From Octopus sinensis (lineage: Eukaryota), in the NCBI RefSeq assembly GCF_006345805.1, contig NC_043005.1, forward strand, positions 48,670,001 through 48,734,000: DNA of 64,000 nt, in the 5' to 3' direction. A program made the translations under genes and the position numbers. Positions 1-12,832 of the stretch are shown one piece after another (within the stretch, counting starts at the first letter, position 1; the number at the start of each line of letters is the position of its first letter). Below the pieces are notes generated by a model that worked only from the letters and a program-made list of their open reading frames with translations, searched no databases and was not told where the DNA came from.

Positions 1-72
1 TGCTTTCTCAAGCAGGTTGTTCCATTGACTGGATCGACTGGAACAATCATCGTCGTAACCGACGGGGTACCA
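1..72 (+). mobile_element. 3' end of tRNA-derived SINE family C (truncated by window edge)
   Basis: Reverse complement of the 'agcactctgtcggttacgacgacgagggtcccagctgat...' segment seen at 18290 and 34905. Confidence 0.8.
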
Positions 73-1397
73 GTTATTACTATAAGAAAATTATATTAGA
101 AATTCTGTATTACTACTATGGATCAAGGAAGTAATCATTACTTAGCGTTATAGGTTATAAAGAGGAAGATTGATATAGATAGAAGTAGAAAAACAGAAAG
201 AGAGAAAAAGAAATTTAGAAAATAACGCTTGTATGATTTATATATATTAACGAGATACTTCAAAATGTACTACAATAACATCAGTGGTTGACGGGTTAAA
301 GATAAATGCAATGACCTATAACTAAAGGGATACTAAAATGGTACAATAATGCTCCAGGAATGATTAATATATTTGGTATAGAAATATACTCATTGAACTG
401 AAATTAACTTGTATGAAATAATGATTTTAATTCAAAAATTTTCAATATATATATTTTTTTTTAAATCAACATCTTGATTATTTCAGCTAAGCTATAATTG
501 CCTTCAGCTCAATGTAATTTTCTGTTAGATTAATGTTAAAGAGAGGTTAAGTTTTTGAGAATTGTAGAATACGAGTTGATAGTATTACTATGCTTCAATA
601 GAGTAGCAGAGTATTATTTGAAAAGAATAGCAGAACGGATTTTCGAGTGAACAGAAGAATAATGTTTCGAGGGAATACTAGAACGAGGTTTTGAGAGAGG
701 TCAAGATTTATGCAGAGTGTAATTGTATTTTGGGTGAATAGTGTAATAATGTTTGGGAGAAATAAATAAATAAAAAAAAGGAAAACGAAAGATAGTGTTA
801 GAGAAGAATGGTATGAGATAGGCCTTGTAGTTTAGCAACTTGAATAATTTGTATTACAAGGGATGAGGAGAATGTGAATATATTGATAACTATAAACATT
901 TTTCTCACGTTGGAAGTAGTTTTGTGGTTGGAGTAGGTATTGTTTGTGTGATAAACGACTGTTAGATTTTCTCAATAGTAAAAATATGTTTAGTAGACCT
1001 TATTGGAAACATCAGGGGAGTACGAAAGAGGTTATTATTGCCTCAAGATTACAGAAGTATATATTATCTATTCGTTTATCCATACAGAATGAAGGTGGCG
1101 CGGGAAAAAGAAATCAGTTTTTTTTTTTAAGGAATATCGTTATGAAGAGTGTACCTAAAAGGTATTCCTTGACTCATTTCAGAGCAAAAGATGCAACTTC
1201 AAGAGCAGCAGCAGCAGCAGCAGCAGCAACGGCAATAACATAATTGATAGCACTATGATGGTGATGACATCAATGGTAACATTTGCGGTGATAGTGGTGG
1301 TAGAAATTAATAGTAATTGTGGTGGTGGTGGTGATAATCTCCCTACTTGTGGGAAACACTTGGTGCAAAAAATAGTAACATAATACAGAAGAAATAG

Positions 1398-1687
1398 TTA
1401 GAAATAGACATTTCTAGTGATATGAGTTACAGAATTTGGAGCAAATAGACGAAAATCAACTTGGAAGGAGATCCTAGAAACAGCAGTCAAATATCTTTCA
1501 AAAGTGTTGTAAATTGCTTTACCGACCTGTGCTTCATTGCATATCAAATCGTTTTTGAAAAATTCTCGTAGCAGTTCGGGTTTTGCATAAGAGAAGGTTG
1601 CTAGTCTTTCGTTCAACCCGTCTCCATTTCTGAAGAAAGCAACGCTTTGCATGATACCCTCCAAGCATCCACACAAAACAACCGTAG
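1398..1687 (-). CDS. Candidate orphan coding exon, BTB/BACK-like (TVVLCGCLEGIM...FSYAKPELLREFFKNDLICNEAQV...VDFRLF)
   Basis: Acceptor ctttatttatttctcttgaatcag directly precedes a frame that stays open to TAA at 1398; optional donor CAG|gtcggt at 1527; by-eye similarity to the BACK motif F..L..E.L....D.L.C.E.QV. A decayed plus-strand RT remnant is an alternative reading. Confidence 0.35.
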
Positions 1688-1719
1688 CTGATTCAAGAGA
1701 AATAAATAAAGAGAAAGAA

Positions 1720-2010
1720 TAGATCTCAGTATGGAACTAGTACTTTAATTATCGACTCCTTAAGGATGAAATGTAAAGACGTCATCAGCGGGATTTGAAC
1801 TCAAAGAGACAGATTAAGCACCTCAATGAACTCTACCCATAGTTCTACCGACTCTATCATTTTCCAAGCTCATCTTTGATATAAATTACTTTTGTGGTGA
1901 GGTGATAGCCGATTAAATAAACCCGAAGATTTGAAGGTACTTTATTTGATTGACCCCTGTAGGATGAGACGTAAAGTTCACCTAAGAAGGGTTTGAACTC
2001 AAAAATATAA
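1720..2010 (-). mobile_element. Two decayed SINE family A fragments
   Basis: Degenerate 'gtacttattttatcgacccc...aggatgaa...atttgaactca' core present twice. Confidence 0.7.
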
Positions 2011-2764
2011 GGATCCACTACAAACACCATTTGTTACATATCTTAATATACAAGCAGCATTTTGACCGACTCTTTAAAAATTCTGCCAATCTTCCAAAGG
2101 AAGAATCGTTTCACGATATTAAAATAATAAAGAAAAACATACGAGTATGACCTACTTGGCAAGATGTCTGTTGAGAAAAGAAATTCACAGTCGGAACAGA
2201 TATTGGTATTAGTAGCAATGATTGAGGTAACACTCGTTCCATGATTCACATAGACATCAGTTACTGTTTGTCATGCATGCTTTTAAGAATTTGAATGACA
2301 AGCTTTTAAGTATCTACCACGGATATGCCAGACAGAAAACAGTTATGCGAAAAAGAATAGTCGGAAGGTGTCCACTTTACCAAAACAATATGTGGGCTAA
2401 AAGTTCTCTTGGATTTCTATCGATATCGATTTTGAAATATATTTTTCTTGCGCTGAACTAACACATAACGTATTGTAGTAACATTGCTTGCTTTTTGATT
2501 TGTTAATGTTTTTATTTGAGAAAATTCCATTTACGTTATATGAAATAATACTAATTTTTTTTCCCTCTCATGTTTACTATTATGACGATCTTCTAATTGT
2601 GGTTACTGCTGGTGTTGAAATGGTAGAATTAGTATATTTCTTGTTCTTGTAGTCCGTGGTTAGCTCTGATCCAACTGACCTACGAGCAAAAGGACTGAAA
2701 TCTTTCTACCAGTGAACATAATGGCGTTTTTATTTTTTTCAGGTATAGTGTAACATTTTTTTCT

Positions 2765-2962
2765 AATTTCGGAATAAGGCTAGCAATACTTTAAGGAGAA
2801 AAAAGAAGTCGATTACATTAACCCCTTGAATTTCATTGGTACTTATTTTATCGAGTCCAACTGTATGAAAAGCAAAGTCGACCTCGGCAGAATTTGAACT
2901 CAGAACGTAATGAGTCTTTAACCACTTTGTCTAGCGCGGTAACGATGGTGCCACCTTGCCGT
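2765..2962 (-). mobile_element. SINE family A
   Basis: Core ggtacttattttatcga...aaagtcgacctcggcagaatttgaactcagaacgta; B-box-like gagttcaaatt on the minus strand. Confidence 0.85.
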
Positions 2963-2964
2963 CT

Positions 2965-3490
2965 TCTGGTGAAGTGTTACGACAAAGGTTTGCACATCGT
3001 TGGAGAACATTCTGAGAGCATGTAAGTTACTCCTTGAAGAAAATGCTGGCGATATGAGCAATTTTGAGTAACATTGCTGATGTACTAAAACAACGATGCG
3101 ACAGCGTCAATACAAGCAGAATCAACACCATGTAGCAGCTAATGGGTTTTCATATGGGTAAGTGAGAAGGTACCTCGCAAAAACCGAGACTCACACTTCT
3201 GAAAGGCAAGAATAACTAGCTTTGAGAGAAGCACTCGAGTCTCCAAATCATATTGCAAAAGCGAAACCACGGTCTAAAATGATAGCGCGGTTTGAATGTC
3301 GATAATGCTGACCGAGGTTTTCCCTGGGATGGCAACATAGAGTGGGTACAGGAAAAGAAGGGCTTACGATATGAAGAACATAGGGAATTGTTTCTTGTGT
3401 GCTGTATGGAATTTAATAAAAACCATGAAGGTGTATGCTTCTTATAGAGATGGAACATTATGGGTCCTAAGGTTGTTCCACAATAACCTA
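2965..3490 (+). pseudogene. Decayed ORF, probably transposon-derived, family not identified
   Basis: Protein-like reading broken by stops and frameshifts: LALREALESPNHIAKAKPRSKMIARFE / DRGFPWDGNIEWVQEKKGLRYEEHRELFLVCCMEFNKNHEGVCFL*RWNIMGP. Confidence 0.4.
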
Positions 3491-4439
3491 CCTGGCAGGT
3501 ATAACACTTAAGAAGAATAATAGCAGAACAGTGATTCAAGAACGAGAAAGGAAAGCAGAAAATTGTTTCGATATGAATATTGCACAGAAATGAATTTAGA
3601 TAAAAAAGAAACAAACGGAAAGTGAGACCCCACCCCCCAAAAAAACAAGAACAAAAAACACAGTGGGTAGGAAAACAAGCTTATTTCTACATAGTTTAAA
3701 TGGTAAAAACTACACACACACATATGTATGTGTGTGTGTGTGTGTGTATATATATATGTGTATATATACATATATATGTATGTGTATATATATATATATA
3801 ATAATACTATATTTGTTCCACGTCCCCGCGTTGTTGTGTTTTTTGTGTTTTCTTGTTTGGATTAACTATATATATATATAGATAGATAGACACATAGATA
3901 GATAGACAGATAGATAGATATACGTATATATGCGTTTATGTATGTATGTATATATATAATCCAAATGTACAAAAAACAAAAGACAGAGACAGGTGAAGGA
4001 ACAACAGGCAAGGTACAGGTGTGCGCGCGCATGTGAGTGCATGGATGATCACATTTGATTCAACAACGCAACTGCTCCCGCCAAAATATAATTAATGCTA
4101 ATGACTTCATCTATTGCATAGATTAAAGGTGGTTTGCCACGTAATCCTTGAGTAAACACGTGAGGTTTTATAATCGTTAGAATATGATCAATTCACATAG
4201 CGAACAGAGTAAAAATATCAAAATTCTCTGTGGCTGTACTGCACGGAAAATTTAATCAATAATTTACTACTAAGATTTAAGAGAAAAGTTAGTATTAGCA
4301 TTTGATTTTCATAATAACTGCTACCGTTTTCTGGTTTTACATAAAGGATAGAAAATATATTTTGTGGTTATAACAGGAACAAACAATAGCGATTGCAATA
4401 CACCGCCATGTCACACGATTGAGTAAACCACCGCCATCG

Positions 4440-4555
4440 TCACAGTCACCACCACCACCACCACCACCACCACCACCACCACCACCACCACCACCACCAT
4501 CACCACCGCCACCGTCATCATCGTCAACGTAGTCGTCGTCGTCGTCGTCGTCGAA
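4440..4555. repeat. (CAC)n / (CGT)n microsatellite
   Basis: Read directly. Confidence 0.95.
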
Positions 4556-4724
4556 GGCAGCAGCGACGCCGTCTCAATTATCATCGGCAAAAAACAAAAT
4601 TGGCTTTTTAAAAAAAAAGAATATAATTTGATGTTAATTTCAGTTTGGAAAGTAAAGAATTTTCAATATGGGGAATAAATGAAGAATTTCAAAGGTGAGA
4701 GAAAGAAAGCTCTTTATTGCTTTT

Positions 4725-4985
<261 letters not shown>

Positions 4986-5584
4986 CTAGCGTCCTCTCCA
5001 TAACTGTGTGCCCAAATCAGTGCGTGTGTCTGTTTGCACGACTGCTTGTGTGTGTGTGTGTGTATCTGTGTGTGTATATATATATATATGTGTATGTGTG
5101 TGTGTGTGTGTGTATGTGAATGCGTGCTTGTTTGTGTGAGCTGTGTGTATCATATATATATATTGTATTTTTATATAAATGCACATGTATGTGTGAGTGT
5201 ACATAATTAAAATTTATATATATATATATAATTATATGTTTGTATTATATATACATATGTGGATGATATAATATTAAATATTATATACGTTATAAATATA
5301 TGTAGGTGTGTATATATGTGTGTGCACTCATTTATATGCACACACACATGCACACAGGCGCACACATACATACACTTACACGCATATATACACATATGCA
5401 CATACACACGCGCGCTCACACACACATTATTTTGAATGTGGACACAGGTACGCCTGAATCAACTACGAAGTTCCCGGATTGTGAGCAATTACTTTGCTGC
5501 TATTCTGGGGCTCAACCGAAGGTTTGTGAATGAAACTGAGTGAACAGAGCCTCAATGACGGTACGTCAAATGGGGCCACAGTTG

Positions 5585-5733
5585 TTAAGGCAGATTCTCA
5601 GCCTTGTCATCTTGTGTCACAGTGAATCTGTCTAAGAATTACATAAATTGTGTCTGTGATATACTCTCTGAGTTGCCACTCAGAGATGGGAAAATGGAGT
5701 GCTTATGCACCGAAATCGACTGGTGAATCAACC

Positions 5734-5735
<2 letters not shown>
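5585..5735 (+). mobile_element. Diverged SINE family C 3' part
   Basis: cagccttgtcatcttgtgtcacagtgaatc matches the reverse complement of the 35030-35070 copy. Confidence 0.55.
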
Positions 5736-5775
<40 letters not shown>

Positions 5776-5807
5776 ATACACACACACAAATATAAATATA
5801 AATATAT

Positions 5808-5864
<57 letters not shown>

Positions 5865-6040
5865 TGAGAGAGTGAGAGAGAGAGAGAAAGAATGGGAGAA
5901 GGATATGTCTATTATGTATATATTCATAATTTGTTCATACACAGAAATATATATATATATAAATATGCAATGCATGTATATATACATATATATGTAGGTA
6001 TGTACATATATGTATGTATATATGCATATATATATTTATA

Positions 6041-6079
<39 letters not shown>

Positions 6080-6099
6080 CGTTTACTGTGTATATATAT

Positions 6100-6330
6100 T
6101 TCATCTTTTACTTCTTTCAGTCACTTGACTGCGACCATGCTGGAGCACCGCCTTGAAATATTTTTAGTCGAATGAATCGAACCCCAGTGCTTATTTTTCG
6201 TTTTGCTAAGCCTGGTAGTTATTCTATCGGTCTCCTTTGCCGAACCGTTAACTTACGTAGACGTAAACACACCAGCACCGGTTGTCGAGCGGTGGTGGCG
6301 GACAAACACAAACACAAAGACTCAAACATA
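6100..6330 (-). mobile_element. SINE family B, 3' half
   Basis: tttcagtcacttgactgcgaccatgctggagcaccgcc...gaaccgttaa...caccggttgtcgagcggt is the reverse complement of the 48758 copy. Confidence 0.85.
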
Positions 6331-6699
6331 TATATAACAATTCTGCCAGCTCGTTGCCCTTATATCAATAAATAAATTTTATCTGTTATTTTTGTTATTA
6401 ACGGCAGGTGACCTCTTATCAAACAGACGACTGTGATGTCTCAGTCCTAAACGCCTCTGTTTTTTTCTAATGTTTTCTAATAAGGATGAGCCAATCTGGA
6501 AGCCTCTACTTTGCACCCAATCTGCAAGAAATAGTAGACAATTTCCCTCTACTTTTACCCTTCGTCTTTTCTTCCTAAATAGGAAATGGATATAATAATA
6601 ATACAAGGTGTCCATAAATTATCTTAACCGCAATTTAGTGTCGAGAGTGCAAATAATGGAAGGGTACTGGTTTTTCGTATTAAAAATTTACTTCTTTAT

Positions 6700-7050
6700 C
6701 CTTTTATTCTGTTACTTGTTTCAGTCATCTGACTGCGGCCATTCTGGAGCAGCACCTTGATGGGCTTTTAGTCGAACAAATTTATCCAAATTGAGTTATA
6801 TTTTGGCCGAACCGCTAGGTTAGGGGAACCTAAATACATCAACACCGGTTGTCGAGCGGTGATGGGGGCCAAACACACTTTTATATATATATATATATAA
6901 TATATATATATATATATACGACGGGCTACTTTTAGTTTCCATCGATCATATTCACTCACAAGGCTTTTGTTGCCCGAGGCTATGTGACTGAACCCGGAAC
7001 CATGTGATCGGGATGCAAGCTTCTTACCACACAGCTACGCCTGCGGCTAT
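6700..7050 (-). mobile_element. SINE family B with internal (TA)n and a deletion in the head
   Basis: Same family; ends in ...ttcttaccacacagctacgcctgcg. Confidence 0.85.
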
Positions 7051-7410
7051 GTTTCCAATAAACTCGAGTTATCCTTATTTTCATTTTTTTTTTTTTTTCT
7101 GAATTTTTCAAATTGTAAAGATAGTTTATGAAGATCCTGCATATCAGAAATGAAGAAGCAATGGTTGCAGCTAGAATATTGTTTAGACAGAAAACAAACA
7201 AACAAACAAACATATGCGCAAATAAAATAAAATAACAACTGTACAGAAAATCGTGCTTCATCATACGTCTTCGTTCAACCGACTTACAATTAGCTCTTTC
7301 AGGAATGATTCTTTCAGGAATGATTTTAGCATGAGTTGAACTCAGTGAGCTGAGAACCGAAACGAATATTGTAAGTCATTCTATCCAACGTTTTAATAAC
7401 TGTACTAGTT

Positions 7411-7575
7411 AAGTCGGCGTGTTGGCAGAATCGTTAGCATGCCGGACAAAATGATTGGTGGTATTTCATCCGTTGTTACGTTCTGAGTTCAAATTCTGTC
7501 TTTTATCCTTTCGGAGTCGATAAAATAAATACCAGTCAAGTACTGGGATCGATATCCTTCACCCCGACTTACTTC
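7411..7575 (+). mobile_element. SINE family A
   Basis: tggcagaatcgttagcatgccggacaaaatg...acgttctgagttcaaatt. Confidence 0.85.
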
Positions 7576-8344
7576 CTATCCAGTTCAAATCCTGAGATTA
7601 CAGCTAAGCGCTCCTGGGTCAAGGATACATACTATAGGAACACGGTCTATCGAAGAGAGGAATAGTTGCACCGCTTCGATTGATGCTTTTGGGCGTTGTA
7701 ATTTGCGAGAAAAAAATATTATGAATCAGGTGAAGTTTGACTGAAAAAAATTGGTTGAATATTTTAATGGATTTGAGACTTTAGTTGCAGCTTAGATAAA
7801 GTATTGAACAATCAACCCATTGGGAAAAAGTTCAGATCCGCCGTTGGTCTTGTCTTTTCTGGTTCAGACACCTCTTGTTTGGTTAATGACTTTAAACTAA
7901 ATAACCTCAGTTAACACGCAGTTGTCTATCTTTAATAACGTCCATTTGTTAGGGGAATTTCCTTGTATGTAGTATCCAGGTGGAGATATATTTTCCATGG
8001 AGATATAATTATTTTCCAGTTTAAATATTGAGAATACAGCTAAGCGCTCCTCGGCTTATATTCAACAGAAAAAGATGGACCATCGCAACCGTTTCATTGT
8101 TGGATTAAATAGTATAATATTACATATACATATACATAAAAACTCATACGTATAGACGCCAAGAACGTAATTTATTTGGGGGCCTTGCTTGACTGCTTTT
8201 TCTAGCAGGTTTTGTTAGTCAGAAGCCACAAGCAAGAATTGCGTTTCCAAGTCGTCATAAAAATAGGTTTCTGTCACCGGAAAAAAAGATGTCAGTTTGG
8301 CATCTGTGACTATATTGATTAAGCAAAGACAACATTGACAACAG

Positions 8345-8381
<37 letters not shown>

Positions 8382-9113
8382 ACCAATGACATCAGCCACC
8401 AGCTTGTACACACACACACACACACACATACACTCACACAAATAGAGAGCTGACCGAAAGAAAACGGCTTAGTATTTCAGTTTGCCATGGAGATGAATAG
8501 TAACTTTGCTCGCCTTATTGGTTTTGTTCTGATTTAGAAGGAAATGTGCCTTGATATATTAAGAAGATAAAAATAAAAATAAAAATAAAAAATAAAATAA
8601 AATAAAATAAAATAAAAAAAATTCCGGCCTGCTGGAATAAGGCAGGCCAAGCCGCGTGAGGAAGCCTAGCATGCTGACCAGTGAACATGACAGCAGGCGG
8701 TAGTGGACGAAGAATGGTCAAGGAAATAGAGAGAGAGAGAGAGAAAGAAAGAGAGTAAGATGTTAAGATAATGTCAGGGAAACAGTGTGTGTGTGTGTGT
8801 GTGTGTGGTATGTCTGTGTGTGTGTGTGTATGTTTGTATGTCTGTGTGTATGGTTTGCATGTGGGCTTGAGTTGTCGCTATATGTGCTTGGTACGTTCGT
8901 TGTTGTGTGTATGTTTAAATGGTTGTTTGTGGTGTTTTGTCTGTCAGTGTTTACTCGTGTGTGTGTGTGTGTGTGTGCGCGTGTGTGCGTGTCTATTTGT
9001 GTGTATGGATGTGTTTGTGCTTGGGTCGATGTGTGTGTGTTTATTCCTTGGTCAGTGTTGTGTGAATGTGCATCTAAGAAAATGTGTCGTTGCGTCGATG
9101 TGGGCGCGCCCGT

Positions 9114-9280
<167 letters not shown>

Positions 9281-9477
9281 ATTGTCTGTCTCTCTATGTA
9301 TATATGTATTATATGCATGTATGAATGTTTGTGTGTGTGTGTATACGCGCGCGCACGTGTGTATGCGTGTACTTTTAAGTCAGAATGTGTTTGGTTTGGT
9401 GTTTCTATGAACGCAAAGCTCATTCTGTATTAGCCTGAGCATCTCTTTTTGTATGAGACACAATTTTTGTTAATGTT

Positions 9478-9690
9478 CCTGTTGTTGTTTAACCCCAGGC
9501 TAGACCAAACAGAGAAGTTTATTTTAGAGAATGTTTAATGAAATACAACCGGTTTCGATGTATTCTTCTTATCAAATATCAGAAATATTAGAAAGAATTT
9601 TGGGGGAGTCAGAAAGAAAAACATTTTGGGGCAGGTTTAATAGATTGTACTCAAATTTGAGGTCTTAACGAAATTTTGCTTTGGTCGTTC
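9478..9690 (-). mobile_element. Decayed ~200-bp repeat family D
   Basis: gttgttgtttaaccccagg is the reverse complement of the family end ...gacctggggctaaacaacaac (compare 10185 and 17635). Confidence 0.5.
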
Positions 9691-9814
9691 TCTTATAAAT
9701 GTTTTGTCTGTGTAGGTTTGCGGTGGGGTTCACGAGTTCAAGTTTCAGGAAGTCTTCTGAATTGAATGAAAAACTTCTTATTCATGGTTTACCCAGCTGT
9801 GTGTGTGTGTGTAT

Positions 9815-10613
9815 GTGTCTAGTCGACTATATCAACCTCAGTGCCCGAATGGTACTTATTTTATCGACCCCGAAAAGATGAACGATGAAGTCGACTTCAG
9901 TGGAGTTTGAACTCAGAACGTAAATCAGAAATAAATGCTGCCAAGCACTTTTTCCGGCGTGCTAATGATTCTGATAGTACTCCGCCATTGCATTAGAACT
10001 TAATGAAAACTAGTTAAATTCTGTTTTGTAATACAAATATTTACATTATACACACATACATAGGTTATAGTAATTAAATAAGTCACAATATTTGGCTATA
10101 TTTTGATGTCTTAAGGCCAGTCTTATGATGAAAGAGATTCCAGCCGGGATTATTCTGTCTTTTTATTTTTAATCAAGGCTGACCTGGAGCTAAACACCAA
10201 CTACAATGACACCAACAGCAACAATAATTATGAAGGTTTCAAATTTTGGCACAAGGCCAGCAATTTCGGAGGAGGGTGTAAGTCGATTACACCGAACCAA
10301 GTGCTCAAACCCGAAAGGATGAAAAGTAAAGTCGACCCCAGTGGAATTTGAACTCAGAACGGAAACAGTTTGATCGGCGTGTTAACGATTTTGCTAGCTC
10401 GCTACCTTATCAACAACAATGATAATAATAGTTTCAAATTTTGGCTCAACGTTACTAATTTTGAGGAGGGCTTATTTGGTACTCATTTTATTGACCCGAA
10501 AAAGATGAAAGGCAAAATCGATCTCGGCAGAACTTGAACTCAGAACGTAACGACGGACGAAACGCCGCTAAGTATTTTGCCAGGCATGCTAACGATTCTG
10601 CCAGCTCGCTATC

Positions 10614-10680
<67 letters not shown>

Positions 10681-10925
10681 TGCAACAATAACAACTACAA
10701 CTCAAAGCAATTGTTCAAATCTCCATAAAATGATACAGTAACACAAATAAAGAACGCGTTGAAAAATAGTTCTAAATGTAACATAAGGGACAGAGCCTGC
10801 AATATGAAGGGAGTGAGCTAGTTGATTAGAGTACTTGACTGGTACTTTATTTTATTGACTTCCGAAAGGATAAATGGCAATGTCGGGCCTCAGCTGTATT
10901 TGAACTCAGAACGTAAAGATCTGGA
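9815..10925 (-). mobile_element. Cluster of four co-oriented SINE family A copies (9815-9990, 10225-10412, 10428-10615, 10790-10925)
   Basis: Four repeats of the gtcgac...atttgaactcagaacg core, separated by (AAT)/(AAC) tracts. Confidence 0.9.
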
Positions 10926-11073
10926 GGAAGAAAATAATAAAAAAAACAAAACAGAAGGGTGGGAATGTTACAGTTGGAATACGTTTTCGTTATAAACGAA
11001 CGAGCTCAGTCACTTCTGACATGGGTGAGACAATAACAACAACAACAGCAATAATTCCTCCTCCTCCTCGTAC

Positions 11074-11109
<36 letters not shown>

Positions 11110-11125
11110 CACCACCACCACCACC

Positions 11126-11169
<44 letters not shown>

Positions 11170-11292
11170 ATCAGCTCTAAATAATTTTACTTTGCTAAAC
11201 GTTAACAGAACAATTGACATTATTTGAATAATGTCAGGCCATATACTTTTCTCTTTCTTCCTTTCTTTCCTCCTTTTTTTCTTTCTTTCTTC

Positions 11293-11326
<34 letters not shown>

Positions 11327-11799
11327 ATCTATCTTCCTTTCTTTCTTTCATCCTTTCTTTCTTTCTCTCTCTCTCTCTTTCTTTCTCTCTTTTACACACA
11401 CACACACTTCTCTCTATCTATCATTCTCTCTCTCTCCCTTTTCTTTTACAGATCAACTAGAAGCAAGAATTATTCTACTTGGAGAAGAAGGTCATCATAT
11501 CCATACTAAGAAATTCCACAAACCAATCTGCCATTTTGGTTTGGCAAACAATTCAAATTTTTTTCAAATAATGCTACACAACTGCTTTGGTACTGAAGAG
11601 AAAGTATTTGTTCACGGCGATATGTCATTATACTTATGTTGGTTTCGAGTATATTATGAACATTCTAACGTTTCCACCAAACTTTAAGCGCATGAAAGTT
11701 TTTTTAATTGTTTTTTATATTCTTTATTCTTCAAGCTACTGAACTCTTATGCGGCCGCGCTGGAGTATTGCATTGCCTTCAAGCTTTGTCGTCAATAAC

Positions 11800-11984
11800 G
11801 CCATGATAGATCGTTCGCTCCTACACGCATTTTTTTCTCTCCTTGTTTTTTCTGTGTATCTTTCTGTCGAAGAGCGTAGGCTCGAAACGTAAGAGACTTT
11901 TACTATTCCTGAGCGCTATACTAATACATTTGTTTGTTTGTACTCCACCTGCCTTCGTCTTTTGTTTATTTTCGTAAACTTTCC

Positions 11985-11990
<6 letters not shown>
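11800..11990 (+). mobile_element. Penelope-like element terminal repeat with hammerhead-like motif
   Basis: Near-identical to 61960-62150; contains ctgtcgaa-GAGC-gtag-GCTC-gaaacgt; followed by (TA)n. Confidence 0.6.
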
Positions 11991-12021
<31 letters not shown>

Positions 12022-12589
12022 TCAAAGAACTTTGCTATGAACTTTGTTTATCAAAATTGGTAAAGGAAGAATGGCTAATTTTTACATAAGCGTAAAGTGA
12101 CATGACCGAATTGAAACAATATCACAAGCTATGTTTTGTCCGACGCACCGATCCTGATACACTCATTCACTCACACATACATACATACATACATACATAC
12201 ATACATACATACATACATACATACATACAACCATACATACATACATGGGCAACTGCTTCAAAAGGGATAACTATGGACAACTGCTTTGAAACCTCCAGCT
12301 TTTATACCCAGATTATAAATTCTCATTTATACCAATAATAATTGGTCCTCTTGATTTTGTGAATAACTGCCTAAGTGACAAATCTGGATAAACTACAGCT
12401 CTCGGTTAAAGAAATCAACCAACTAACTCAGACATTACAAATACAGTCTGTAAGCGGAACAGTAAAAATATGCAAGACTTTTCTCAAGTTTAAAATGTGA
12501 TATTGTTTTTGTTGTCTACATTCCAATGATGGAGCTTTGTGTCTTTGTTAGAAACCAGCTCTTTTCTCAGAAGAAGAAGTTAAATAATT

Positions 12590-12742
12590 ATGGCTGTGTG
12601 GTAAGTAGCTTGCTTACAAACCACATGGTTCCGGGTTCAGTCCCACTGCGTGGCACCTTGGGCAAGTGTCTTCTACTATAGATGTTTCGTATATGTGTAT
12701 GTATGCATAGCTTTTTGAGCCAAAAAATTAACTTAACTTAAC

Positions 12743-12832
<90 letters not shown>

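Noticed and set aside
73-1200. Strand-asymmetric AT-rich block including the 99-aa ORF at 944-1243
   Set aside because: Looks like a decayed retroelement on the minus strand, but no RT or endonuclease motif could be read.
6600-6660. tacaaggtgtccataaa, resembling a Tc1/mariner TIR
   Set aside because: No partner TIR or transposase sequence nearby.
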